The notes beneath the pieces are model-generated. The model ran no database searches and was not told the origin of the DNA. It was given only the letters and a program-made list of their open reading frames with translations. This document shows, in pieces, positions 1 to 9,048 of a DNA stretch of 32,000 bases. Position 1 is the first letter of the stretch. Each line of letters opens with the position of its first letter. The DNA is from Candidatus Hadarchaeales archaeon (lineage in GTDB: Archaea > Hadarchaeota > Hadarchaeia > Hadarchaeales > Hadarchaeaceae), in NCBI GenBank assembly GCA_038823825.1, contig JAWBCC010000001.1:30001-62000 (forward strand), given 5' to 3'. The translations under genes and the position numbers were made by a program.

Positions 1-1
1 A

Positions 2-445
2 GCTGCTTTAGCCGTGAACAATTCCTGTAGGTACGAATGCAGATGGGTCTATCTAAGAGTGGAAAAAAGCAAATGCATTTTCATGAGCAAAGTTGATAAA
101 AAAACTCTCTTTCTTCCGGTCGCGCACGCGGAAGGAAAATTCATTTTCGATCTAAATAGACAAGACGAGGATATTAAGAAGCTCGTGCAAAACAAGCAAT
201 TGGTCTTACGATATGCCGATGAGAGCGGTCGACCGGCGCAGGGAAGATATCCACATAATCCTAACGGGTCTATTTTCGATATCGCTGGAGTTTGCGATCC
301 ATCTGGAGTGGTATTTGGTTTGATGCCACATCCTGAAAGGGCTTTTTACTGGTTCCACAGACCGGACTGGACGGCTTCAAAAGATGAGGAATGGGCCGAT
401 GGGCGTCTGATTTTCGAATCTCTTGCGGATTATCTCAGGAGGTGA
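2..445 (+). CDS. purQ: Phosphoribosylformylglycinamidine synthase subunit PurQ, C-terminal part (cut by window edge)
   Basis: Frame 2 reads AALAVNNSCRYECRWVYLRVE...LPVAHAEGKF...NPNGSIFDIAGVCDPSGVVFGLMPHPERAF, the typical PurQ class-I amidotransferase C-terminus. The frame is open to the left edge. Confidence 0.93.
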   Translation, partial: AALAVNNSCRYECRWVYLRVEKSKCIFMSKVDKKTLFLPVAHAEGKFIFDLNRQDEDIKKLVQNKQLVLRYADESGRPAQGRYPHNPNGSIFDIAGVCDPSGVVFGLMPHPERAFYWFHRPDWTASKDEEWADGRLIFESLADYLRR

Positions 446-1596
446 GTTCTCTGCCTTTAAATGTTAGCAAAATCAGGCGGGATTTTCCCATTTTGTCTTC
501 CGGAAAGATATATCTTGATAGCGCGGCAAGTAGCTTAACACCTGAACCCGTAATAAGAAAAGTTTTGGAGTTTTACAGAGAGTACAGAGCCAACGTCGGG
601 CGTGGTGTTTATTCTTGGTCAGCAGAAGCTACAGACGAATATGAGAGAGCCAGAAAAGAGGTAGCAAAATTAATAAATGCTAAAGATGCAAGCGAGATAA
701 TCTTTACTAAAAACACAACCGAAGGCATAAACACGGTTGCTCACGGACTAGAATGGAAAAGCGGTGACAAGATAGTTACCACAATTGTTGAGCATCATTC
801 AAATTTTATCCCTTGGTTAAGAATAACCAAAAAATTGAGCTTAAAGATTGAGATAGTTAAATCCGATGGCGCTGGCAGGTTTGAAATAACCGATTTTGAA
901 AAAGCAATCGATGAACGTACGAAATTAATCGCGATTTCCCATGCTTCAAATGTTCTTGGAACAGTCTTGCCGGTAAAGGAAGTTACGAAAATCGCGCATG
1001 AACGAGGAGCAAAAATTCTAATCGACGGCGCCCAATCTGTGCCGCACATGCCTGTAGATGTCTCCGAAATAGGTTGTGATTTTCTAGCGTTTTCTGGCCA
1101 TAAGATGTTGGCTCCAACTGGCATTGGAGTTTTATATGTTAACAGTGATAGCTCCGATGTTTTGGAGCCTTTAGCTGTAGGAGGAGGGACAGTCGATCAT
1201 GTTTCAATATCGGACTTCAGTTTAACGAGATCGCCCGACCGGTTCGAGGCAGGAACACCACCAATTGCTCAAGCTATCGGGCTTGGAGAGGCGGCCAAAT
1301 ATTTGCGAAGACTTGATATGGAGGACATCGCTGTTCATGAACGTAAACTGACCGAGAAAATCATTTCCGGTCTTTCAGAAATCGAGGACACAGAAATTTA
1401 CGGACCACTGACTTGTGATGATATAATAGGAATTGTCGCATTCAATGTTCGGGATTTAGATCCAAACGGAGTGGCAGAAATTCTCGATGAAAAAGGAGGA
1501 ATAATGGTCAGATCAGGTCATCACTGTGCGATGCCACTTCATGTCGAGCTTCTCAGAAGACCACTGGGAAGCGTCAGAGCTTCTGTTTATATATAA
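442..1596 (+). CDS. sufS: Cysteine desulfurase, SufS/CsdA type; C-terminus probably frameshifted (natural end near 1660 in another frame)
   Basis: PLP-lysine motif SGHKMLAPTGIGVLY, FTKNTTEGINTVAHGL, MVRSGHHCAMPLH. Likely start is GTG at 442, overlapping the purQ TGA. The listed ORF from 391 runs into purQ. Confidence 0.92.
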   Translation: MSSLPLNVSKIRRDFPILSSGKIYLDSAASSLTPEPVIRKVLEFYREYRANVGRGVYSWSAEATDEYERARKEVAKLINAKDASEIIFTKNTTEGINTVAHGLEWKSGDKIVTTIVEHHSNFIPWLRITKKLSLKIEIVKSDGAGRFEITDFEKAIDERTKLIAISHASNVLGTVLPVKEVTKIAHERGAKILIDGAQSVPHMPVDVSEIGCDFLAFSGHKMLAPTGIGVLYVNSDSSDVLEPLAVGGGTVDHVSISDFSLTRSPDRFEAGTPPIAQAIGLGEAAKYLRRLDMEDIAVHERKLTEKIISGLSEIEDTEIYGPLTCDDIIGIVAFNVRDLDPNGVAEILDEKGGIMVRSGHHCAMPLHVELLRRPLGSVRASVYI

Positions 1597-1689
1597 CACT
1601 GCTAGAGAAATCGATAAATTAATCGAAATGATCGAAAGAATCGCAAAGATGAAATCCTGAGGTTTCTTTATAACTTACTAGTCTGAAAT

Positions 1690-2925
1690 TTGACTGGAGA
1701 TCTGGAGGGCGAGAAAATCCCAGATATACCGAGGGAAAAGCTCGAGAAGTATCTTCATCTGAGGCGGGAATTTAGGGAAGAGAGATATATAAACCTCAAT
1801 CCGCTTCAGCGTGGAGGAATTCTGACACAAGCTGCCAGAGAGGCACTACTTGAATTTGGTGATGGTTACTCTGTTTGTGACTGGTGTCCTCCAAAAATGG
1901 CTAGATTAGATAAAATCGGGACCCCGCCGATAGCAGATTTCTATGCAGATTTGGCCGAATTTCTTGGCATGGATGTCGCAAGAGTTGTGACTAGATGCAG
2001 AGAAGCGAAATTCATAGCTTTCAGGATGCTCGGTGAGCCGGGAGATTATGTTGTAATAGACAGCCTCGCACACTACTCGACGTACATCGCCGCAGAGTTG
2101 GCTAGACTTAAAGTTAAAGAGGTTCCGAATAGTGGATACCCAGAGTTTCGGCTCAACTTGGATGCCTATGCCGAAAAAATAGAAGAAGTGAAGAAAGAGA
2201 TAGGAAAGCCACCGGCGTTGGTTCTTCTTACACATGTCGATTATCTCTATGGAAACCTGAATGATGCGGAGAAAGTTGCGAAGATCGCCCATGAATATAA
2301 TGTTCCGGTTCTTCTGAATGCCGCATATACAGCGGGCGTAATGCCGGTTGATGGAAAAAGGCTAGGTGTGGATATAATCACTGGAAGCGGTCACAAATCT
2401 TGGGCTGCGAGCGCCCCGACCGGAATTTTAGCAATGACGGAAGAGATAGCCGAGCGGATCTTGGCACCCTCCAAAATCCGGGGAGATTTGACCGGCAGGA
2501 CTTTTGGTGTAAAAGAGTACGCATTGCTCGGTTGCACAGTAATGGGCGCACCATTGATCTCTCTTATGGCATCTTTTCCTTACGTCGTCGAGAGAGTCAA
2601 GCGATGGCCAGAAGAAGTCGAGAAAACGAGATGGTTGGTTGATCAGCTTGAAAAGATAGAAGGAACCAAACAACTCGGTGTGAAACCGAAGGAGCATACA
2701 CTAGTCCACATCGAGTCAGAGGGATTTTTCAAAGTATCACAAACTCATAAACGTCGTGGCTACTTCCTTTATGACGAACTAAGGGAAAGGGGAATAGTCG
2801 GAATTCAACCCGGGTTAACCAAGCATTTCAAACTCAACACATATGGTCTTGATTGGGAAAAGATAAAAAAGGTAGGAGAAGCTTTCTTGGAGATAGCTGA
2901 GAAATATGAACTAAAGATAGGATAA
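1690..2925 (+). CDS. pscS: O-phosphoseryl-tRNA(Cys):Cys-tRNA synthase (SepCysS)
   Basis: RYINLNPLQRGGILTQAAREALLEFGDGYSVCDWC...GSGHKSWAASAPTGILA...LKLNTYGLxW-type PLP enzyme with SepCysS hallmarks. TTG start. Confidence 0.9.
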   Translation: MTGDLEGEKIPDIPREKLEKYLHLRREFREERYINLNPLQRGGILTQAAREALLEFGDGYSVCDWCPPKMARLDKIGTPPIADFYADLAEFLGMDVARVVTRCREAKFIAFRMLGEPGDYVVIDSLAHYSTYIAAELARLKVKEVPNSGYPEFRLNLDAYAEKIEEVKKEIGKPPALVLLTHVDYLYGNLNDAEKVAKIAHEYNVPVLLNAAYTAGVMPVDGKRLGVDIITGSGHKSWAASAPTGILAMTEEIAERILAPSKIRGDLTGRTFGVKEYALLGCTVMGAPLISLMASFPYVVERVKRWPEEVEKTRWLVDQLEKIEGTKQLGVKPKEHTLVHIESEGFFKVSQTHKRRGYFLYDELRERGIVGIQPGLTKHFKLNTYGLDWEKIKKVGEAFLEIAEKYELKIG

Positions 2926-2926
2926 C

Positions 2927-3838
2927 CTACTGTTTTAATCGCTGTAGATACTCATAGGCTGAAATTGATGCTTTTGCTCCTTCTCCAGCCGCAACTACGA
3001 TTTGTTTTTGTGGGACATTCGTCACATCTCCAGCCGCAAACAACCCATCCACATTTGTACGACATCTTGCATCAACTATTATCTCTCCTTTTTCGTTCAG
3101 TTCTACCAAATGGCGTACAATGTCTGAGTTTGGGATTTGTCCTATTTCGATGAAGACCCCATCCACTGGTAATGTGAACTTCTTTCCTTCTCTTTCGACA
3201 ACAATCTCTTTTACAAATCTATTTCCCAATATCTCCAGTACTTTTGTGTTTGTCAATATCGCGACCTTGTCGCTTTGTATAACTTTCTCTTTCATTATTT
3301 TGTCGCCCTTTAACTCAGAGGAAATTTCTATTAGATATATTTGTCTAGCGATTCTCGTAAGTTGCAAAGTCGCATCAAGTCCAGCATTTCCTCCTCCGAT
3401 CACAGCCACATTTTTGTTCATAAATAAAGGAGCATCACATGTCGCACAATATGTGACCCCACGATTTTTAAATTCGTCCTCACCAGGCACACCTAGTTTC
3501 TTAGGTTCGGTCCCGGTGGCGACTATCACAGATCTGCTTTTGTACCGACCCCTCGTGGTTTGAACTTCAAAACCTTCGGGGATTTTTTCAATATGTTTGG
3601 CCTCTTCGAAAAGAATTGTGATGTTGAAAGCACGGACATGTTCTTCAAATTTTTGGGCTAGCTCAGATCCGGTTATGAACTGATATCCAGTATAATTTTC
3701 TATGTTTGCACTCCAAGCAGCTTTGCCTCCTATGTCTTTTGTTATTAAAACAAAATTTACTCTTTTTCTCGCAGAGTAAATGGCTGCAGTTATTCCCGCC
3801 GGACCGCCACCAACTATAATAAGTTCGTATATCGTCAT
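2927..3838 (-). CDS. trxB: Thioredoxin-disulfide reductase (TrxB-like)
   Basis: GGGPAGITAAIYSAR, redox-active CATCDAPLF, second nucleotide-binding GGGNAGLDATLQL, GLFAAGDVTNVPQKQIVVAAGEGAKAS. Confidence 0.93.
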   Translation of the reverse strand: MTIYELIIVGGGPAGITAAIYSARKRVNFVLITKDIGGKAAWSANIENYTGYQFITGSELAQKFEEHVRAFNITILFEEAKHIEKIPEGFEVQTTRGRYKSRSVIVATGTEPKKLGVPGEDEFKNRGVTYCATCDAPLFMNKNVAVIGGGNAGLDATLQLTRIARQIYLIEISSELKGDKIMKEKVIQSDKVAILTNTKVLEILGNRFVKEIVVEREGKKFTLPVDGVFIEIGQIPNSDIVRHLVELNEKGEIIVDARCRTNVDGLFAAGDVTNVPQKQIVVAAGEGAKASISAYEYLQRLKQ

Positions 3839-3915
3839 ACATCACCCGCCCTCGATTTTTGTTCCTTTGTTCGGCGCATGTCCGCATCCACACAACTTTA
3901 TCTCAGATAAACCGT

Positions 3916-4293
3916 TTAGCTAGATCCCCAAAGACCGTGGATGTTACAGTATTCCCTCGATTTTACCTGTTCTTCTTGTACTGGAAAGAAAGCTTCTGGA
4001 GCATCGCCAGGCTTAAGGAATTTTCTGTACGATCCTCTATCTGTAACGAGCTCTATCCATTCTATGTAGTGTTTTTCTTCCATCGGATGGGGTATCGAGC
4101 CCACTTTGACTATTACCCCACCTTTAACCCTTTCGATTATCGGGACATGCTTTTCCTTGCCGACATCTACGGTTTTTTCCTGCAAGAGCTCCATCGGTTG
4201 TCCGCAACAAACAAGCTGTCCAGCACCAGCGTGAAGCACGGTCACAATGTTTCCACAGATTTTGCATCTGTATACTTGGCTAATTTCAGTCAT
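3916..4293 (-). CDS. dfx: Desulfoferrodoxin / superoxide reductase (two-domain)
   Basis: N-terminal [27 protein letters not shown]; SOR domain KHVPIIE...[18 protein letters not shown]...[10 protein letters not shown]. Confidence 0.93.
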   Translation of the reverse strand: MTEISQVYRCKICGNIVTVLHAGAGQLVCCGQPMELLQEKTVDVGKEKHVPIIERVKGGVIVKVGSIPHPMEEKHYIEWIELVTDRGSYRKFLKPGDAPEAFFPVQEEQVKSREYCNIHGLWGSS

Positions 4294-4374
4294 TTCATCA
4301 AAGTACTTCCATGAGCAGCGTTTATATAGATAACGGAGCTTTACCTGTTAATAGCTCGAAAAGCGAGCTTATAG

Positions 4375-5040
4375 TTGATGGAAAAAGTCATATGCTTAGT
4401 TTCCGGTGGAATAGACTCTCCACTTGCTTGTGCTTTAGCATCGAAAAATTTTGAGATAATTCCACTTCATTTCTGTGTTTATCCTTACGTGAGTGACGAG
4501 ACATTTTTTACAACAATTGAAATTCTCAAGAAGTTGAAAGACAGATTAGACGTAGAAAAAATTCTGATTTTTCCTTGGTCTAAAATTCTGCGCAGAATTT
4601 CTCATGCTGGTGGAAGGTACACTTGTGTTCTTTGCAGAAGGGGGATGCTGAAAGCTGCAGAAGCGTTATGTGAGAGAGAAAAATGTTCGGCGATAGTCAC
4701 CGGGGAGTCAATCGGTCAGAAGGCATCCCAAACTCTTGACAATCTTGCCGTGACATCATTTGGGATCAAGTTTCCGATCATTAGACCACTTCTGACGATG
4801 GACAAACTCGAGATAGAAAGAGAGGCGAGGAAAATTGGAATTTGGAGCGAGAAACATGCCGGATGCTGTACTGTTGTTCCGAGATATCCCTCGACAAGCG
4901 CAAAAACAGAAACTGTGGAACGCTTATTCGCGAAGATCGGATTAGAAAAAGAAATTGAAAACGAGTTGGGCAATGTTGTGGAAATTCGTAGTTTTAAAGA
5001 CGTAGAAAAATTTCAAAATTCACTGAGAAAAGAATCTTGA
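4375..5040 (+). CDS. ThiI-like PP-loop sulfurtransferase, stand-alone catalytic domain without THUMP
   Basis: SGGIDSPLA PP-loop, YTCVLCRRGMLKAAEAL, VTGESIGQKASQTLDNL, HAGCCTVVPRYPSTSAKTE. Confidence 0.85.
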   Translation: MMEKVICLVSGGIDSPLACALASKNFEIIPLHFCVYPYVSDETFFTTIEILKKLKDRLDVEKILIFPWSKILRRISHAGGRYTCVLCRRGMLKAAEALCEREKCSAIVTGESIGQKASQTLDNLAVTSFGIKFPIIRPLLTMDKLEIEREARKIGIWSEKHAGCCTVVPRYPSTSAKTETVERLFAKIGLEKEIENELGNVVEIRSFKDVEKFQNSLRKES

Positions 5041-5049
5041 TTTAATTGT

Positions 5050-5661
5050 TCAAGCAGTTTTTTCCAGAATTTTTCTTATCTGCTTTAATTCCTCCAAGAT
5101 TTCTCTTTCCAGACCCACCTGAGCCTGCGCAAAGAGAGGCCTGTTTTTTACAGATTTTAGGATGATTTCCCGGATTTCCAAAAAATTTGGAATCCCCCAT
5201 ATTGACGCTTCAGCCCCTCTCGTTCCAGGTCCAGCAGTGCCACCAGCGGCCCCAGTGTATCCGGCGGTATATATGTGAACGGATCCCAGACCAAAAAATC
5301 GGGAAATCGGACCCTGTATCACATCAGCACACATAACGCGAGAATAAGGAACTGTATGTTTCATTTTCCACCAAACTCCTCGCTCTACTGTTGTTTCGTC
5401 TTCCTCTATTGTGAAGAAAATAGTGTCGTAGTATCGCGGAATCCAATATGCAACAAACAAAATACCTATTGTGACAATGCCGAGAGGTATAAATGTAAAT
5501 ATTTTGTATTCTCGCCAGATTTCCGGAGCGAATTTGTATGCTCCCCAGACGGGTATGCTAGCAATGAAGAAAAGCGGCAATCCAGCAAGTAAAAGATAGA
5601 TCCCATAGACCTTCTTCAGATTCGGATCGGGTTTGAACTTATTTTGGACCATACTTTTCAC
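5050..5661 (-). CDS. PH-domain-like (bPH2) membrane protein
   Basis: Two N-terminal hydrophobic segments followed by EEDETTVERGVWWKMKHTVPYSRVMCADVIQGPISRFFGLGSVHIYTAG. Confidence 0.7.
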   Translation of the reverse strand: MKSMVQNKFKPDPNLKKVYGIYLLLAGLPLFFIASIPVWGAYKFAPEIWREYKIFTFIPLGIVTIGILFVAYWIPRYYDTIFFTIEEDETTVERGVWWKMKHTVPYSRVMCADVIQGPISRFFGLGSVHIYTAGYTGAAGGTAGPGTRGAEASIWGIPNFLEIREIILKSVKNRPLFAQAQVGLEREILEELKQIRKILEKTA

Positions 5662-6368
5662 TCAAGTCTCTTTCCACAGTTAGGACAGAATTTTGCCTCT
5701 TTAACACTTATCCCCGCACCACAAAACGGACAGTAGCTCACTCCGGACGCTTTAGGTTGTTTTTCTAAACTTTTCGCGATTCTTTTTAGATAGGGTGCCT
5801 CTGCGTATTCTTCCTGATATTTAAATATAATGTTCTTTACAGCGAATGGATCTTTCACACCATAGACGCAAGTAGATGGGCTAGCAACAGGAACGACTTG
5901 CCCTCCGACTGGCCCTCCGACGACAATAGTTCCGGAAGGTCCTACTCTTCCTCCACCCGCCTGCCATCCGACCATTCCGGTTCCAAGTCCGGATTTCGTT
6001 ATCGGTATTACATTTCCGAAGCCGAAAATCCTACCAATTATGCCTTGGTCTACTACAACATCAGATATGTCGTCGTATTGGATTTGTCTAGATGAGATAG
6101 TTATGAATTTGCGATAGATCACGATTCTTTTATTTGTGAGATAGTAAGTAAACGCTTGTGAGTAAAAAATCACTGCGATTATCCCGATTATTCCGAAAAA
6201 TGTTACTAGTATTCCCAACCACCAGAGATAGCCTAGAAGAATTAGACCGATTATAAAAATGATCCCTGAAAGAATGAAATGGCCCAAAAAAGCTAGCCTT
6301 TGTGGTTTTAAAATTTTTAGTAGCTTTTCTTTTGGGAGTAAAGATATTGGGAGTTTTTCTTGTGCCAT
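5658..6368 (-). CDS. PH-domain-like membrane protein with C-terminal zinc ribbon
   Basis: YYLTNKRIVIYRKFITISSRQIQYDDISDVVVDQGIIGRIFGFGNV; C-terminal YCPFCGAGISVKEAKFCPNCGKRLE. Overlaps the next gene by 4 bp. Confidence 0.75.
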   Translation of the reverse strand: MAQEKLPISLLPKEKLLKILKPQRLAFLGHFILSGIIFIIGLILLGYLWWLGILVTFFGIIGIIAVIFYSQAFTYYLTNKRIVIYRKFITISSRQIQYDDISDVVVDQGIIGRIFGFGNVIPITKSGLGTGMVGWQAGGGRVGPSGTIVVGGPVGGQVVPVASPSTCVYGVKDPFAVKNIIFKYQEEYAEAPYLKRIAKSLEKQPKASGVSYCPFCGAGISVKEAKFCPNCGKRLE

Positions 6369-6424
6369 TCTGAAAATAATTGTACACTAGGATTTAAAAT
6401 AGATGCTTCTGAGATTTCGAAATC

Positions 6425-6502
<78 letters not shown>

Positions 6503-6576
6503 AACAATCAAATTTTCACATGTTTTCCTCATAAAACTTATTTTTGCCTCTATCGGTATAAAATCGGGGGGCGATC

Positions 6577-7491
6577 GTGAGAAGAAAAGTGATAGAGGTT
6601 AGAAATCTTGTCAAGCGGTATGGCAACATTTTAGCCCTGTCTGGAGTTTCCTTCGATGTCTATCGTGGAGAGATTTTTACAATGGTCGGTCCGAACGGCG
6701 CCGGCAAAACGACTACGGTCGAAATCCTTGAATGTCTTAGAAACCCGACGAGTGGAAACGTGAAAATCTTTGGAATGGATATCGAGGGGCACGAAGAGGA
6801 GATAAAACAGCGGATTGGAGTTTTACCACAGGAATTCGGTACCTTTGAGAGACTTACAGTAGAAGAAAATATTCGCTTTATCGCAAAGATTTATGAACGC
6901 AGAGTTGACGTCTCAAATATTCTTCAGACCCTCGGCTTGCTCGAGCATCGAAAGAGAAAATTTGGAGAGTTATCTGGAGGGATGAAGAGACGCGTAGGAA
7001 TTGCCATGGCTCTTGCATCCTGTCCAGAAATAATCTTTCTTGATGAACCGACTACCGGTCTTGATCCTCAAGCAAGACAGGAGCTTTGGCAAACAATAAA
7101 GAATTTGAGAAAGGAAGGCATGACAATTTTTCTGACTACTCATTACATGGAGGAAGTAGAAGCTCTCGCGGATCGAGCTGCGCTGATTCTCAATGGTAAA
7201 ATATTGATAACGGATTCTGTGCGATCCCTAATTTCCAAGTATGGCGGTGGTTTCAGGGTGTCTATTTCGGAGAAAAGAGGCATAAGAATTTTGAGGAAAG
7301 TCGGCGAAAAAATCGTTCAGCAAGATGGTAAAACAACAGCGTTTTTCAAATCTCGCGAAGACATGCTCGAGGCTTTCCTTTATCTTAGTAGGCATGGTCT
7401 GAAACCAGAAATGAAAGAACCCTCTATGAATGAAGTTTTCCTGAACTTGGCAGGAGGGAGAATAAACGAGCATGGAGAGTTGATACAGTGA
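6577..7491 (+). CDS. ABC transporter ATP-binding protein (DrrA/CcmA-like)
   Basis: Walker A VGPNGAGKTTT, signature LSGGMKRRVGIAMAL, Walker B IIFLDEPTTGLD, TTHYMEE. Confidence 0.93.
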   Translation: MRRKVIEVRNLVKRYGNILALSGVSFDVYRGEIFTMVGPNGAGKTTTVEILECLRNPTSGNVKIFGMDIEGHEEEIKQRIGVLPQEFGTFERLTVEENIRFIAKIYERRVDVSNILQTLGLLEHRKRKFGELSGGMKRRVGIAMALASCPEIIFLDEPTTGLDPQARQELWQTIKNLRKEGMTIFLTTHYMEEVEALADRAALILNGKILITDSVRSLISKYGGGFRVSISEKRGIRILRKVGEKIVQQDGKTTAFFKSREDMLEAFLYLSRHGLKPEMKEPSMNEVFLNLAGGRINEHGELIQ

Positions 7492-8738
7492 AGACTCTTC
7501 ACTTAACTGTAGTGCTTTTTAAAAACTGGATCAGAAGCAGAATGGGGGTTTTCTTTTCATTTCTCTTTCCGGTCGTTCTCCTTTTGATTTTTGGATCAGT
7601 CTTTGGAGGAGGAGCCGGGAGGTACAGCATATGGGTGCAAAATCGAGACTTGGAAAATGGGTCTCCGAGCGACCTATCGATTGCCTTCATATCCGCAATG
7701 GAGAATTCGGGTGTTTTCTCAATCAAGATGATACCACCCTCTGTCGAAATCTCGAGCTGGGTTAAGGAGCACATACCTTCGTTTACCAGCTACAGAGTTC
7801 TAGTGATACCGGAAAATTTCGGGAAAAAGGCTGCCGAGAAGGGCATCAAGGTCCGTGGCATGATAATTCTGAGTAGTTTAGATCTGATAGTCGAAACTTA
7901 TGGGGAATATATGGATGAGAACAATCTTAGATCCATTCAAGAAGGCAAATCGGCTCTGGAGAACTGGGTAACAGGAATTACACCTGAGGAAGCAACACTT
8001 ATTTTATATGTTCAAGAAGGAGATGCATCGGCTCAAGTAGTTAGCAGCGCAGTGCAGAGCATAGTTCAAGCATTCAACAATTCTCTGATAAGCGCACAAT
8101 CGGTTATCGAGGTGAAATTTACAACGCTCTCGGAGAGAACGCTCAAGCCGGCAGATTATTACGTGCCAGGATATACCGCAGCTTTCATAATGACGAATGG
8201 TGTAATTGGTTTGACATCGAACATTTCCGAGTTCAGGCGAAATGGAATTCTTAAAAGAGTGGCCGCAACACCTCTTTCGAAGAAATCTTGGATTCTGGCA
8301 AATCTGATTACGCAGGTCATACTTGCTTTTCTTCTCACGATTATAATGATTTTTTTGGGACGCCTAATATTTGGAACCAGCGGAACCCCAGACATTTTCT
8401 TCATTTGCTTGGTTCTGCTGGGAGCAACCCTTTTCTGCGCAATAGGTATAACTATGGGAGGATTGATAAAAGATGTCGAAGCAGCTAGCGCAGCGGGGAA
8501 TCTTGTTGCGTTTCCGATGATGTTCCTTTCTGGTGCGTTTTGGCCAATAGAGATAATGCCAGAAATTTTGCAGACAATTGCAAAGTGTATGCCTCTCTAT
8601 TACTTCCATCAAGGTCTCAGGCAGACACTCATCCTCGGGAATCCTGCCGGTGCTCTAACATCTTTCGTTGTACTCGGGGCTCTTTCTGTAGTTTTCGTTT
8701 TATTGGCTGTGAAAATCACAAAATGGAAAGAAATATAA
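7488..8738 (+). CDS. ABC-2 type transporter permease
   Basis: N-terminal TM, large extracytoplasmic loop, then YYVPGYTAAFIMTNGVIGL...KRVAATPLSK and a TM block with LSGAFWPIEIMP. Overlaps the ATPase gene by 4 bp. Confidence 0.88.
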   Translation: MKTLHLTVVLFKNWIRSRMGVFFSFLFPVVLLLIFGSVFGGGAGRYSIWVQNRDLENGSPSDLSIAFISAMENSGVFSIKMIPPSVEISSWVKEHIPSFTSYRVLVIPENFGKKAAEKGIKVRGMIILSSLDLIVETYGEYMDENNLRSIQEGKSALENWVTGITPEEATLILYVQEGDASAQVVSSAVQSIVQAFNNSLISAQSVIEVKFTTLSERTLKPADYYVPGYTAAFIMTNGVIGLTSNISEFRRNGILKRVAATPLSKKSWILANLITQVILAFLLTIIMIFLGRLIFGTSGTPDIFFICLVLLGATLFCAIGITMGGLIKDVEAASAAGNLVAFPMMFLSGAFWPIEIMPEILQTIAKCMPLYYFHQGLRQTLILGNPAGALTSFVVLGALSVVFVLLAVKITKWKEI

Positions 8739-8775
8739 AAAAGAAAAAAGCTAGAGCCACGATAATCAGATTTTT

Positions 8776-8934
8776 CTATCTACCCGCGGCTCTTCTCTTC
8801 TGCCAGCAATCCCGGCAGTAAACCGGTCTGCCCTCCGTCGGCTTGAAGGGGACCTCGCACTCGGCACCGCAGTCAGAACAGACTGCTTTATACATTTGCC
8901 TTGGTCCTCTTCTGCCGAACCTTCCATATGCCAC
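8776..8934 (-). CDS. Small CxxC-x(n)-CxxC zinc-binding protein (52 aa), absent from the supplied ORF track
   Basis: Translated by hand from GTG 8934: MAYGRFGRRGPRQMYKAVCSDCGAECEVPFKPTEGRPVYCRDCWQKRRAAGR*. AGGAG-like element upstream. Confidence 0.8.
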   Translation of the reverse strand: MAYGRFGRRGPRQMYKAVCSDCGAECEVPFKPTEGRPVYCRDCWQKRRAAGR

Positions 8935-9048
8935 TTTTCCTACTTCTCCTAGAACTTCAGCGAGAAACAGCCGAAAAGCTGTCCCGGGTTTCCCAGGTTA
9001 ATCTCGCTGTAGTTCTGCCTTCATTTCTATGCTTCCAGTATATAAGGA

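Noticed and set aside
1906-2642. Antisense/alternate ORFs inside SepCysS (for example 1906..2292 - and 2400..2642 +)
   Set aside because: They lie in the shadow of a well-supported conserved CDS with no domain evidence. The same reasoning excludes most other nested ORFs in the track.
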